NCBI GenBank assembly: GCA_041483895.1
Contig: JBGPGO010000014.1
Location: 36,296 to 100,295 of the forward strand
Length of the DNA stretch: 64,000 nt
From: Fimbriimonadia bacterium
GTDB lineage: Bacteria; Armatimonadota; Fimbriimonadia; Fimbriimonadales; JABRVX01
Direction: 5' to 3'
The position numbers were made by a program, and so were the translations under genes. A model generated the notes under the pieces. It made no database searches. It saw only the letters and a list, made by a program, of their open reading frames with translations, and was not told where the DNA came from. Of this stretch, positions 29,018 through 38,637 are shown in pieces (position 1 is the first letter of the stretch; each line of letters begins with the position of its first letter).

Positions 29018-31057
29018 ATGCGTCTGCTGTGTGTCGGACTGGCTACTCTATGTTGCATCGCGGCGCATGCCCGCGGCTATCTCTGGATCAGTTGCGAGCA
29101 CTTGGAGCCATATGCCATCTACCGGTTCAATCTCCAGACGCGACAGATCGATAAGACTGTCGTGCTCGATCTGGTTTCCGGGGCACGCGTGTACAACAAC
29201 CTGGCTTTCGATGGCCAGAGCATGTATGCCGGAACGAACGGAAGCAACCTCATTGCAAAGCTCAACCCGTATTCCGGACGCGTCCGATCGCAGTCGCAAT
29301 ACATCCCGGCGCAGAATATCTCCTTTGAACAAGGCGCATACAATCCGATCACGAGGACCCTGTGGCGCGCCGGCAACAAACTGATCGAAACCTCGACAAA
29401 CGGCACTGTCTTGCGCACTTGGACCTACAACGGACAGTTGTATGGAATTCAATGGATCAACGGCGTTCTGTACGCCACGGATTACAATCGGTTCGGCTAT
29501 ATCACGTTCGGCGCGACCAGCGTAAATTTCGTGCCGCTTCCGTTGATCGGGGCGCCCACAACCAAAGTCGCCCTTGCGTATGATTGCGACGAGCGCATTC
29601 TCTACTTATCCTCGTTCTACTTCCCTACCCAAGCGGAGCAATTGTACGCGATCAATCTGGACACCATGCAGTGCACGATGGTCGCCGATTTATCTTTTAC
29701 CGGATATCCGATTGGATTCTCCAATGCGGACGCCACGTGTTGGGTGCCGGAAGAGACGGAGATGTGGTCGGCTAGATTGGACGGAGTATCGTCCACATCC
29801 GATTCGTCGAACGCCATCGTGGTGGATCCCAGCGGCAATGCGTACGTATGTGGTTTCTCAGAGCGAGCTGATGGCAACCAGGATTGGGCGGTCGCCAAGT
29901 ATTCCGCAGGTGGCAAGGAGCTGTGGCACCACTTTTATGAGGGAATTGCCGGCGGCAGCGATGACGCAAACTTTCTCACGCTGGTTCCTGGGGGTGGAGT
30001 CTGCGTGACAGGGCGGTCCGATGGGGCTGGTTCCAGTTGGGACATCCTGACCATCAACTACGCCTCGGACGGCTCGATCCGATGGTCTAAACGATACAAC
30101 GGGCCCGCGAACAATGTTGATATGGGTACAGGGGTCACCAGCGACGCGAATGGCAATGTCTATGTCTGTGGGCATAGCATGGGAGCAGAATTCAACCCGG
30201 ATTACGTAGTCCTCAAGTACGATCCCAACGGGAACCTCCTATGGGAACGCCGGTATTCCAACGGCGATCGCGATGTGCCGATCACCATTCTCCTAGATAG
30301 CCACCGAAATGTGCTGGTCAGTGGCTGGAGCGCCAGCGCAAACATGCTGGACTACGTCACGATCAAGTACGATAACGATGGCAACCAACTATGGCTGCAG
30401 CGCTATGACGGGCCGGGGCATGGGGACGACGTGTTGCGCCAAATGGTGCTTGACGAAGCCGACAATGTATATATCTGCGGCCGCAGCTGGGGCGCCGGAG
30501 TGAGTTGGGATTTCGGCACGGTCAAATACAGTTCTTCTGGACAGCAGCTTTGGGTGCGCCGGGTCGATGTGATTGGCGGACCCGACGAATCGAACAGCCT
30601 CGCGGTAACGCCGGACGGCCTCGTCGTTGCCGGTTGGACCGACATCGGCGGCAATGCTGACGTGATGACCGTCAAATACGACCGCAACGGCAATCTTCTC
30701 TGGCAACGAATCTATGACAGCCCTTCACACGGTATCGACCGGGCACAATACGTCGTTTCAGACAAAAATGGCAGGACCTATGTTACCGGCCGCGCGCAGG
30801 GGCTCAACGGTGTGACGGATTACGACATCTTTGTCATCGCCTACGACCAACAAGGCCAGGTAATGTGGCAGACCACCTTCAACGGTCCCGCGGATGGCGA
30901 TGAAGGCGCGACCATGTGCGCCCTGTCCAATGACCTGAGCCTATACGTAGCTGGGGAAAGCGCCGGGATGACCGGCGGCCGGGACTGGGTTACGCTGCGG
31001 TACTCGCCTTTTCACGCCACCAATACCTGCAACATCGTGGCGCCGCACCAACCGTGA
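29018..31057 (+). CDS. Secreted beta-propeller protein with SBBP-like repeats
   Basis: Signal peptide; repeated D..GNVYVCG.S......D....KY...G..LW...Y.G units. Confidence 0.85.
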   Translation: MRLLCVGLATLCCIAAHARGYLWISCEHLEPYAIYRFNLQTRQIDKTVVLDLVSGARVYNNLAFDGQSMYAGTNGSNLIAKLNPYSGRVRSQSQYIPAQNISFEQGAYNPITRTLWRAGNKLIETSTNGTVLRTWTYNGQLYGIQWINGVLYATDYNRFGYITFGATSVNFVPLPLIGAPTTKVALAYDCDERILYLSSFYFPTQAEQLYAINLDTMQCTMVADLSFTGYPIGFSNADATCWVPEETEMWSARLDGVSSTSDSSNAIVVDPSGNAYVCGFSERADGNQDWAVAKYSAGGKELWHHFYEGIAGGSDDANFLTLVPGGGVCVTGRSDGAGSSWDILTINYASDGSIRWSKRYNGPANNVDMGTGVTSDANGNVYVCGHSMGAEFNPDYVVLKYDPNGNLLWERRYSNGDRDVPITILLDSHRNVLVSGWSASANMLDYVTIKYDNDGNQLWLQRYDGPGHGDDVLRQMVLDEADNVYICGRSWGAGVSWDFGTVKYSSSGQQLWVRRVDVIGGPDESNSLAVTPDGLVVAGWTDIGGNADVMTVKYDRNGNLLWQRIYDSPSHGIDRAQYVVSDKNGRTYVTGRAQGLNGVTDYDIFVIAYDQQGQVMWQTTFNGPADGDEGATMCALSNDLSLYVAGESAGMTGGRDWVTLRYSPFHATNTCNIVAPHQP

Positions 31058-31221
31058 CCCGCAAACAGTCCTGATTCTCCCAAGCCTGCCACAACCGCTT
31101 GCAAAGCGTCGCAAGTCCAGTGGCATAGTCCGAAGGGAAGCGAGCGTCCCAAGATGGACGCCCTTTCTCGCATAGCCTCGGTCCCGAGCCGCCCCCCGAG
31201 CATCTCGAAAACGGTGAACTC

Positions 31222-32271
31222 ATGAGAAAGTGTTATTTTGCTGCCGCCCTCCTGTTGCCGACATTTGCGGCAGCATCCTACGTGCCGATTGATTTATCGG
31301 CCTACTGCAACTTCTCTCTCAGTAGCCTCTACGCCGCCCCTCCCACAGGCAGCCAGGTGTTCGCCGGGGTACCTTTCCGAATCGGGACCGGGGCCAACAA
31401 CACGATCGCAACGGACGACGGAGGCATGTTTGCCGGGCTACCCGAAACGCAAGCGATTTCCGTGAATAAGAAGGCCTACAGCATCTTTCTCATATTGGAC
31501 GGTGCATACGTGCACCAGGCCAATCAGACGTGGGGACGACTGACATTCACGTACGATTCCGGCGTTCCACGAGTCGTCACGCTCACAAGCGGGTTCAATA
31601 TCCGCGATTGGGTGGCATCGGGGTCCGGGCAGTCCGTAAGAACGACCTCGGCCCTATATGTTCAGGAGATCTACCGTGGCGACCCACAGCCAATCAACAA
31701 CTGGGCGCCTGGCAGCGCAGTCTTCGACCTTATGTCGTTCACCCTCGATTCGACCCGAGTTCTGAAATCCGTGACGCTGGAAGACCTCCGGCCATCCACC
31801 GGCGGCCTCATGCTGAGCGCGATGACAATCGACGCCGTGCCCGCCGCTACAGTATCCGGCCACGCGGATTTGGCCAATTTTGTCGGAAGCCCTGCCGGGA
31901 TCAACGTGGACTTCTTCTTGATGAACGGAGATACCGTCATTGAAACACACAGCTCCGCGCTGGATGCCTCGGGCTATTTCTACTTCGAAGTGACGGAAGC
32001 AGGCACCTTTGACATCGTCGCGAAGCCCAGCCATTGGCTCTCGACCCGAATTCCCGGGGTGACGCTGCAGAATGACGTCGGCATAAACATCTCCTTCGAT
32101 TGGAACGGAGACATCGTATCGGACAATCTCATAGACGAGCAGGATGTCTGGATGGTATTCCTCAACTTCCGCAAAACTGCGAACCCGGCGGACCTCGATG
32201 GTTCGGGACGGGTAGACCTTTGGGATCTCAACGTTACATTCCTCAACTTCGATCTGCAGGGCGAAACATAA
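31222..32271 (+). CDS. Secreted protein with C-terminal Ig-like and dockerin-like module
   Basis: Signal peptide; FAGVPFRI; KPSHWL...NGD..SDNLIDEQD...ADLDGSGRVDLWDL. Confidence 0.75.
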   Translation: MRKCYFAAALLLPTFAAASYVPIDLSAYCNFSLSSLYAAPPTGSQVFAGVPFRIGTGANNTIATDDGGMFAGLPETQAISVNKKAYSIFLILDGAYVHQANQTWGRLTFTYDSGVPRVVTLTSGFNIRDWVASGSGQSVRTTSALYVQEIYRGDPQPINNWAPGSAVFDLMSFTLDSTRVLKSVTLEDLRPSTGGLMLSAMTIDAVPAATVSGHADLANFVGSPAGINVDFFLMNGDTVIETHSSALDASGYFYFEVTEAGTFDIVAKPSHWLSTRIPGVTLQNDVGINISFDWNGDIVSDNLIDEQDVWMVFLNFRKTANPADLDGSGRVDLWDLNVTFLNFDLQGET

Positions 32272-32320
32272 CGAAGACCGCATCTCCCAATAAACCCCGC
32301 AATCCTACCGCCAATATCAA

Positions 32321-32349
32321 TTGACAGGAGAGCCTAGTCTTGATAGAAT
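32321..32349 (+). promoter_or_regulatory. Near-consensus sigma70 promoter
   Basis: TTGACA-17 nt-TAGAAT with extended -10 TG. Confidence 0.8.
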
Positions 32350-32429
32350 ACTAGGGTCAGGAATGTTCACGAGTTCTTGGCGATGATTGCCGCGCCTGGA
32401 CTTGGCCGGTATGTGAGGGATTATCAATT

Positions 32430-34169
32430 ATGGAGAGCGTTCGAAGAATATTTCTACCGTTGCTTGCCGCAATCGTTGTGATCGCACCCGGGCAGTGCAT
32501 TCAGGGTTCAACGCAACGGATTTCCATCGGGACTTTCGGCGAAGAGGGCGACAGTTCATCGGCCTACGCCGCAGCAAGCGAAGACGGTCGATTTGTGGCG
32601 TTTTCAAGCAGCGCGAATAACTTCACCGCATTGGACTTCAACAATGCAAGCGATGTGTTCATTCGGGATCAAGTAACGGGAGAGACGTTCCTGGTCTCCT
32701 CCAATTTCATGGGGATTCCCGGCAACGGGGCTTCCGATTATCCCGCCATCAGTTCGGATGGAAGATTCATCGCTTTTGTGAGCTCCGCTACCGATCTGGT
32801 GCCGGACGATACCAACGGCAAGCCGGACGTATTCGTCCGAGACATGAGTGCCGGGGTGACCATTCGCGTATCTGTCGCCACCGACGGATCGCAGGCCGAC
32901 AGCACCTCGTATGCACCCTCCATGAGTTCCGACGGTCGCTACGTGGCATTCCGGTCCGACGCGACAAATTTGGTCGTGCCGGCGGACACCGAGGCGTTTG
33001 CAGATATTTTCGTTCACGACATCGTGACGGGCCAAACGGAGAAGATATCGACAACTTGGAACAAACGCCCCGTCAATGGGAAATCCGACGATCCGTTTAT
33101 TAGCGCGAACGGCCGATACGTGGTCTATGTGAGCGCCGCGTATAACCTTGTCAAGCAAGAAGATCATAACCTCAAGCCCGACATCTTCTTCTACGACCGG
33201 GGCGCCAAGAAGACAGAAAGAATTTCGATTACCGCCGATGGGACCGAAGCAAACGGCCAGTGCTTTTCGCCATCGGTGACCGCCAACGGGCGTTTTGTGG
33301 CATTTTCTTCCGTCGCCGACAATCTCGACGGGCCGGATACCAATGCGAAAATTGATGTGTTTGTGAAGGACCGGGAGACCGGTGAGGTTAAGAAAATCTC
33401 CCACGGTCTCAACGGAGAAGAGACCAACAACTCTTCGCTGGAGCCGACAATCAGCGCTGACGGGCTCTATATTGCCTACTATAGTTACGCCAGCAACATT
33501 GTGCCCAACGATAAGAATGACTCCTCGGACGTCTTCCTGTACTATCTTGAAAGCGGCAAAACCGAGATCGTATCCGTCTCATCGGCAGGAGTTATTGGTG
33601 ACAAGGCCTCCGGCGTCGGACCCGTGCCGATTACCGCTGGAGGCCGCTTCGTCCTGTTCCATAGCGCTGCCACCAATCTAGTGCCGAATGACGATAATAA
33701 CCACATCGATGTCTTTCTGCACGAGCTCCCAGTCCCTTACACGCATATCCGAGGCAAGATTTCATTCACGAATTTGGTGCCCAGCGCCCCCAGGCCCGAC
33801 TTCGTCGAATTTCGAATGCAGTATCAGGATTGGTTGTTCGGGGTCTATCGTGCTACCGTGGGTGACGACGGATCGTACGAAATATCCCTTCCCCCCGGCT
33901 TTTATCGGATCACGTTCAAGGCGTGGCATTGGCTTCGCGATGCGTGGGTTCTTAACACCACCGTCGGCGATGTGGATAACGCCGATTTCGAACTTATCAA
34001 TGGGGACGTTGATGGTGATAATTCAGTCACCCTAAAAGACGTTTCCGCCGTTTTTGGTGCGTGGGGGACGGGCAGCCCGAATGCTGACTTGAACGGCGAC
34101 GGGGGTGTCGATATAAAAGATATTTCGATCGTATTTACCAATTTCGGTATCGTCGGTCAAGGCGAATAG
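32430..34169 (+). CDS. Secreted TolB-like (PD40) repeat protein with C-terminal dockerin-like module
   Basis: Repeats P.IS.DGRFVAF.S.A.NL...D.N...DVFV.D; KAWHWL...NGDVDGDNSV...ADLNGDGGVDIKD. Confidence 0.88.
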   Translation: MESVRRIFLPLLAAIVVIAPGQCIQGSTQRISIGTFGEEGDSSSAYAAASEDGRFVAFSSSANNFTALDFNNASDVFIRDQVTGETFLVSSNFMGIPGNGASDYPAISSDGRFIAFVSSATDLVPDDTNGKPDVFVRDMSAGVTIRVSVATDGSQADSTSYAPSMSSDGRYVAFRSDATNLVVPADTEAFADIFVHDIVTGQTEKISTTWNKRPVNGKSDDPFISANGRYVVYVSAAYNLVKQEDHNLKPDIFFYDRGAKKTERISITADGTEANGQCFSPSVTANGRFVAFSSVADNLDGPDTNAKIDVFVKDRETGEVKKISHGLNGEETNNSSLEPTISADGLYIAYYSYASNIVPNDKNDSSDVFLYYLESGKTEIVSVSSAGVIGDKASGVGPVPITAGGRFVLFHSAATNLVPNDDNNHIDVFLHELPVPYTHIRGKISFTNLVPSAPRPDFVEFRMQYQDWLFGVYRATVGDDGSYEISLPPGFYRITFKAWHWLRDAWVLNTTVGDVDNADFELINGDVDGDNSVTLKDVSAVFGAWGTGSPNADLNGDGGVDIKDISIVFTNFGIVGQGE

Positions 34170-34181
34170 GGGTTTGAATTC

Positions 34182-34206
34182 GGGGCCGCCGTTTTTCGGC
34201 GGCCCC
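34182..34206. terminator. Terminator-like hairpin between convergent genes
   Basis: GGGGCCGCCG-TTTTT-CGGCGGCCCC. Confidence 0.7.
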
Positions 34207-34220
34207 ATCACCATTCCGCA

Positions 34221-35804
34221 TTATTTCACGGCCATGATTTGACCCGTTGCCGGATCAATGGATACCTGGCTGGCGCCTTTCGGCGCCATGTTCCGTTTCG
34301 TGGTCATGTCGATGGCCGCCAGCACGTCGCCCCGAACGATGTAGCGGCCGTTTTCTAAGACGTCACCGCCGGCTGTTCCCTTCGCCCTGCCCCGGCCAAT
34401 TGGGACGACGCTAACGAGACGGCCGGTATTGGGATCAAAGAACAGCTCGACGGTGGCCACGGAGGGCGCATAAAGCCCCCCCGAACCGATGATCTTGGTC
34501 GGCGCAATGTCGCGCCCGTTGTCCTGGAGCATACTGGTAATCGTGTCTCCAGAAACCATTGCTCCGACCAATCCTGCGGATGTACCGAGATAAAGGGAAT
34601 CGACATAGAGATTGGCTCGCGTCGCGGCATCAAAGGAGATGACATCGCCAATGACGTCGCCATTCAAGCTGGCGAGGAATCCGCCAACGGATGTGCCAAG
34701 CGGCGGGTCTTTGCCCCGATCCGAACCGGGAGCTCCAACGAGCACTCGCGTAGTCAATTGGCTACCCGACAAGGACGGCTGGTTGTCGTTGGCGCTTTCG
34801 TAGGTCAATCTGGCCGGCGACCCGCTGCCATCGGCGCTGGCGACAAATATTTCGCGGTTGCCGCCGCCGGCGTCCCCGGAATAGATCACCTTTTGGCCAT
34901 CCGGCGAGTATGCGGGTGAGGATTTCCCCGGTCCCGACACTATCTGCGAGGCCCCGGTGCCGTTCGCATTGATGGTGTTGATGCCGCCCGATGTGTTGAC
35001 GTAGACAATCTTGCTTCCATCCGGCGACCAGCGCGGATCGTACTCGTTTCCGAAGGATCCCCCGGTCACTTGCGCGGCGCCGCTGCCGTCAATGTTCATC
35101 GTCCAAACCCTGCGGACGCTACCCCGGTCGCTGATAAACACAATCCTCGATCCGTCCGGCGAAATGACAGGGCTATCGTCTATGGCGCTGATGTTTGTCA
35201 ATCTTCGTTGGTCGGTGCCGTCGGAGTCCATAATGTAGATCTCCGCATTCCCGTCCCGATTGCTTGCGAACACCACGTAGTTGCCGTCAGGAGATACTTC
35301 CGCCCCGTAATCGGAAAACGAGTTGCCGGTGAGACGTTTTTCCCCGGTTCCGTCCGAGTTGATGACAAAAATTTGCGGGGTGCCGATACGGGTGCTCTCA
35401 AAGAACACCTTGCTCCCATCGGCGCTGATCGATGGGTTGCGATCGCTCGCCGTATTGGTCGTCAGCTGCCTGACGTTCGAACCATCCGAGTCCATCACAA
35501 AAACATCGTCGTTGCCGGTGCGAATGGATGCGAACGCAATCTTGGCATTGCGATACAGGCCGGTTCTTGGGGTAAAGGAAACACTGGTAATGTCTCCTCC
35601 GGCCGTCGAATTGAAGACAGCCGTTCCGGTACTGGGTATGCTGAACACGGCCGCTCCCCGACCGCGCGCGCTAAAACCGTTGCCGAAGTCGTGACTAAAA
35701 TCGGTTCCGCCCGTCGAGAGCCCTCCGCCGCCTCCGCATCCAGATGCTAGCGCGGCGAGAGCGCAGATCCCGACTAGGGCGCTTAGTCGGTGCTCATTGC
35801 CCAT
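34221..35804 (-). CDS. Lipoprotein with TolB-like PD40 beta-propeller
   Basis: LASG-CGGGGG lipobox; repeats SPDG..IVF.S.R.G..EI..M..DG. Confidence 0.88.
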   Translation of the reverse strand: MGNEHRLSALVGICALAALASGCGGGGGLSTGGTDFSHDFGNGFSARGRGAAVFSIPSTGTAVFNSTAGGDITSVSFTPRTGLYRNAKIAFASIRTGNDDVFVMDSDGSNVRQLTTNTASDRNPSISADGSKVFFESTRIGTPQIFVINSDGTGEKRLTGNSFSDYGAEVSPDGNYVVFASNRDGNAEIYIMDSDGTDQRRLTNISAIDDSPVISPDGSRIVFISDRGSVRRVWTMNIDGSGAAQVTGGSFGNEYDPRWSPDGSKIVYVNTSGGINTINANGTGASQIVSGPGKSSPAYSPDGQKVIYSGDAGGGNREIFVASADGSGSPARLTYESANDNQPSLSGSQLTTRVLVGAPGSDRGKDPPLGTSVGGFLASLNGDVIGDVISFDAATRANLYVDSLYLGTSAGLVGAMVSGDTITSMLQDNGRDIAPTKIIGSGGLYAPSVATVELFFDPNTGRLVSVVPIGRGRAKGTAGGDVLENGRYIVRGDVLAAIDMTTKRNMAPKGASQVSIDPATGQIMAVK

Positions 35805-35905
35805 ACAGACCTCCAGGGGTTTCGTATATAATGCTGGTTTTCCGCGTTCGGCACGGCATTGAGCAGGTCGAATTGCGGGGTTGAAGTAAGATCGAACCCG
35901 AACCT

Positions 35906-36343
35906 ATGTCCGAACAGATACGTATACCGATCGTCATTGAAGGTGGAAGTGAGCCGGCGTACGCCACAGCGGGAAGCGCCGGGGTGGACCTGTGCGCCGC
36001 CTGCGAAGAGCTAATCTTGGAACCGGGACAGAGGGCCAGGGTTTCCACTGGATTACGGTTGGCCATTCCGGAAGGATATGAAGGCCAGGTTCGGCCTCGA
36101 AGCGGGCTCGCCGATCGGCACGGGATCGGCATGGTTAATGCCCCGGGCACAATCGATTCGGACTATCGCGGGACCATCGAAGTCATACTCATCAATTGGG
36201 GCCATGAGCCGTTTGTTATCCGGCGTGGGGATCGCATCGCACAGCTCGTGTTCTCACCCATTGCAAAGGCGCAGTTTGAGGTGGTCGGAGAGCTGGATCC
36301 AACTCGCCGCGGCGAGGGCGGTTTTGGCCATACGGGAAGGTAG
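35906..36343 (+). CDS. dut: dUTP diphosphatase
   Basis: [36 protein letters not shown]. Confidence 0.97.
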   Translation: MSEQIRIPIVIEGGSEPAYATAGSAGVDLCAACEELILEPGQRARVSTGLRLAIPEGYEGQVRPRSGLADRHGIGMVNAPGTIDSDYRGTIEVILINWGHEPFVIRRGDRIAQLVFSPIAKAQFEVVGELDPTRRGEGGFGHTGR

Positions 36344-36346
36344 GCA

Positions 36347-37138
36347 ATGTCGGGAAGCGACCGAATCTTGGCGGCCGTAAATTTGGCTCGAATGCGGGGC
36401 GATCTGGTTGGGGCGGAGCGCGAATGCCGCAACGTGCTGACTGCGGAGCCCGCCAATGTCCAGGCCAACCTGCTGCTGGGTGACGTGTTGCTGGCGCAAG
36501 GCCGCCGTGAGGAAGCGATGCGATACTTTGAGACCGCCCATCAGCTCGACCCCATGAACGCGGCCGCGGACACCCGCCTTGCGATGCCGGAACCGCGTGC
36601 GACCGTGCAGGAAGGCCCCGCGCGAATTTGGATCTATCTTTGCTTTGTTTTTGTTATCGGCGCGGCGGCGGTTGCGGTCTATTTTGCTAACCGGCGCATG
36701 TCCGAAACGGACACGTCAGTTGTCGCGCCCATCGTTCGCTCTCCGGCGCCATACACGCCTGCCGTGCCTGTACCGCCGCCCTCATTCCTCGACAAGCTTG
36801 TCGCAGCGGACCCGGATATTGCCTCCAAGGTCGTCAGCCAGTCCGTCTCCGGCGACGAGGCCACGATCACCTTGGCGGCGGGGACGATGCCGGCAAGCCC
36901 AGCAAAATCGCGCGACGAGCTGCTCCAATTGGCGCGCAAAGGCGCCGAAATGGCGTTCTTGGCGGAACCAAAATTGCTCCGTGCCGACATCTCTCTGACC
37001 GGCATGATCAATGGCCGCAAGGACACTTTGGTCGTAACGCATTTCAGCCGCAGCCATATGCCGGGTCCAGCGGAAAAGCATTTGGAGAGTTTTGCGATGC
37101 CGGAATGGAACCTGGCCTTGGATCCGGCAGCAAAATAA
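36347..37138 (+). CDS. TPR-containing membrane-anchored protein
   Basis: N-terminal TPR (ANLLLGDVLLAQGRREEAMRYFETAHQLDP), central TM helix, Pro-rich linker. Confidence 0.75.
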   Translation: MSGSDRILAAVNLARMRGDLVGAERECRNVLTAEPANVQANLLLGDVLLAQGRREEAMRYFETAHQLDPMNAAADTRLAMPEPRATVQEGPARIWIYLCFVFVIGAAAVAVYFANRRMSETDTSVVAPIVRSPAPYTPAVPVPPPSFLDKLVAADPDIASKVVSQSVSGDEATITLAAGTMPASPAKSRDELLQLARKGAEMAFLAEPKLLRADISLTGMINGRKDTLVVTHFSRSHMPGPAEKHLESFAMPEWNLALDPAAK

Positions 37139-37161
37139 GCGACTCTAGATGAGCCTATCCC

Positions 37162-37983
37162 TTACCTCGGCATGCCGACGGGAACCATCGCTTCCGTGAG
37201 ACGCTGCAGCATCTCGTCCATGCCTTTGGCTAAGCGCGGACCGGGACGATTGTACAAGTCAGGGTCCACCTGGAAAACCAGCCCCTTCTTCACGGCTGTA
37301 CAGCCTTTCCAAGTCGGATCATTCATGAAGTCCGACACCGGTCCTACGGTAACGATGACCTGCGGGTTTTTGAGCAGCAGAGCTTCCTTGCTTGCCTGGT
37401 AGAACCGCGTTTGGTCCGCGGTCACGTTGATTCCGCCACCATACCGCACGATATCCCCGGCAATAGTTCGATTCCCCGCGACCCATAGCCCATCGGCGCC
37501 CAATGTGAACACAACGCGAAGCGGCATGCCGCTTCTCAGACCCGATCGCTCCAACGGCGCCGCAAGGGCCTCCGCCCGGTCCGCCGCTCCCAATCTTTGG
37601 CCTAGGACGCGAATCATGTGGGCCGTCTCCTTAAGCGACGTGGGATGGAATTGCATGACTTCGATGCCGAAATCCCAAAGCCGGTTCACCTCTTCCGGCG
37701 TCGTCACAGTCATATCGGCAAGAACAATCTTCGGATGAGCCCGAACGATTGCCTCGTAGTTGACCCGCAGGTCCGTCAGTTTCGGCAGCTTCTTGGCTTC
37801 CGGCGGGTAGTCGCATCGGGTGGTCACGCCGACGAGCTCGGAGCCCTTTCCAAGCGCGAATACTACTTCTGTCAAGGCTGGGGAGAGCGACACGATTCCT
37901 TTCGTCAACATCGGCGCGGGTTTCTTGGGATGGCATCCCGCCAAAGCGATGACTGTGAGGAGAGCGACCGCAAGGGTTTTCAG
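37162..37983 (-). CDS. BtuF-like helical-backbone substrate-binding lipoprotein (cobalamin/iron)
   Basis: LAG-C lipobox; IVSLSPALTEVVFALG, VGVT..CDYP, RPGPRL. Start uncertain (CTG 37983 or ATG 38070). Confidence 0.85.
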   Translation of the reverse strand: MKTLAVALLTVIALAGCHPKKPAPMLTKGIVSLSPALTEVVFALGKGSELVGVTTRCDYPPEAKKLPKLTDLRVNYEAIVRAHPKIVLADMTVTTPEEVNRLWDFGIEVMQFHPTSLKETAHMIRVLGQRLGAADRAEALAAPLERSGLRSGMPLRVVFTLGADGLWVAGNRTIAGDIVRYGGGINVTADQTRFYQASKEALLLKNPQVIVTVGPVSDFMNDPTWKGCTAVKKGLVFQVDPDLYNRPGPRLAKGMDEMLQRLTEAMVPVGMPR

Positions 37984-38630
37984 AGTCTGCCCCGAAGGAG
38001 CGCATCGTCCAGACGCTTCTGGGAGGCGTCCTGTCCCAAATGATGGGTGTCGTTCCAGTAGGTCAACCATCCGCGCTCGACGAGCGACACAGCGCCGTTG
38101 TCGGTTCGAAGGCGGTGGAATGTGGCGGAGGTGCCTTCGAGCAGGTTGAGGGCAATCCCCTTCAACGGCCCGCCCGAGGTGACAATCAGCACATCCGAGG
38201 CATCATGCGCGTCGGAGATTTCCCGATAGGCCCCGAGCACCCGGTCGATCATGACCGATATGCGTTCGCCGCCCGGCGGTGTGAAGTTCAAGGGGTCCTG
38301 TTTGTAGGCCTCGTAACTGTCGGCATGATGCTGGATCAGGTCTTCGCGGGTCAGCCCTTCCCAATCGCCGAACGACGCCTCCCGCAGGTCTGATCGCTCG
38401 ATCAGCGGGGCATCGACCGCGTGGGCGATCGGTCGCGCGGTCTCGATCGCCCGGATCAAATCGCTCACATAAACGGCCGCGACGTTTGCGCCGGCGAATC
38501 GTTGGGCAACCAGCAGCGCCTGTTCCCTGCCCACTGCGTCCAGCGGCACGTCCGTATGGCCCTGCAGCCGCGACTGGGTGTTCCATGCCGTCTGCCCATG
38601 CCGGATCAGGAAAACTCTGCACCCTTCCAC
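37980..38630 (-). CDS. Histidine phosphatase family protein (CobC/GpmB-like)
   Basis: LIRHGQTAWN, SDL.RA.ETA, LREASFGDWEG, PPGGE, WNDTHHL; the second His motif reads TSGG rather than THGG. Confidence 0.9.
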   Translation of the reverse strand: MEGCRVFLIRHGQTAWNTQSRLQGHTDVPLDAVGREQALLVAQRFAGANVAAVYVSDLIRAIETARPIAHAVDAPLIERSDLREASFGDWEGLTREDLIQHHADSYEAYKQDPLNFTPPGGERISVMIDRVLGAYREISDAHDASDVLIVTSGGPLKGIALNLLEGTSATFHRLRTDNGAVSLVERGWLTYWNDTHHLGQDASQKRLDDALLRGRL

Positions 38631-38637
38631 ACGGCGG

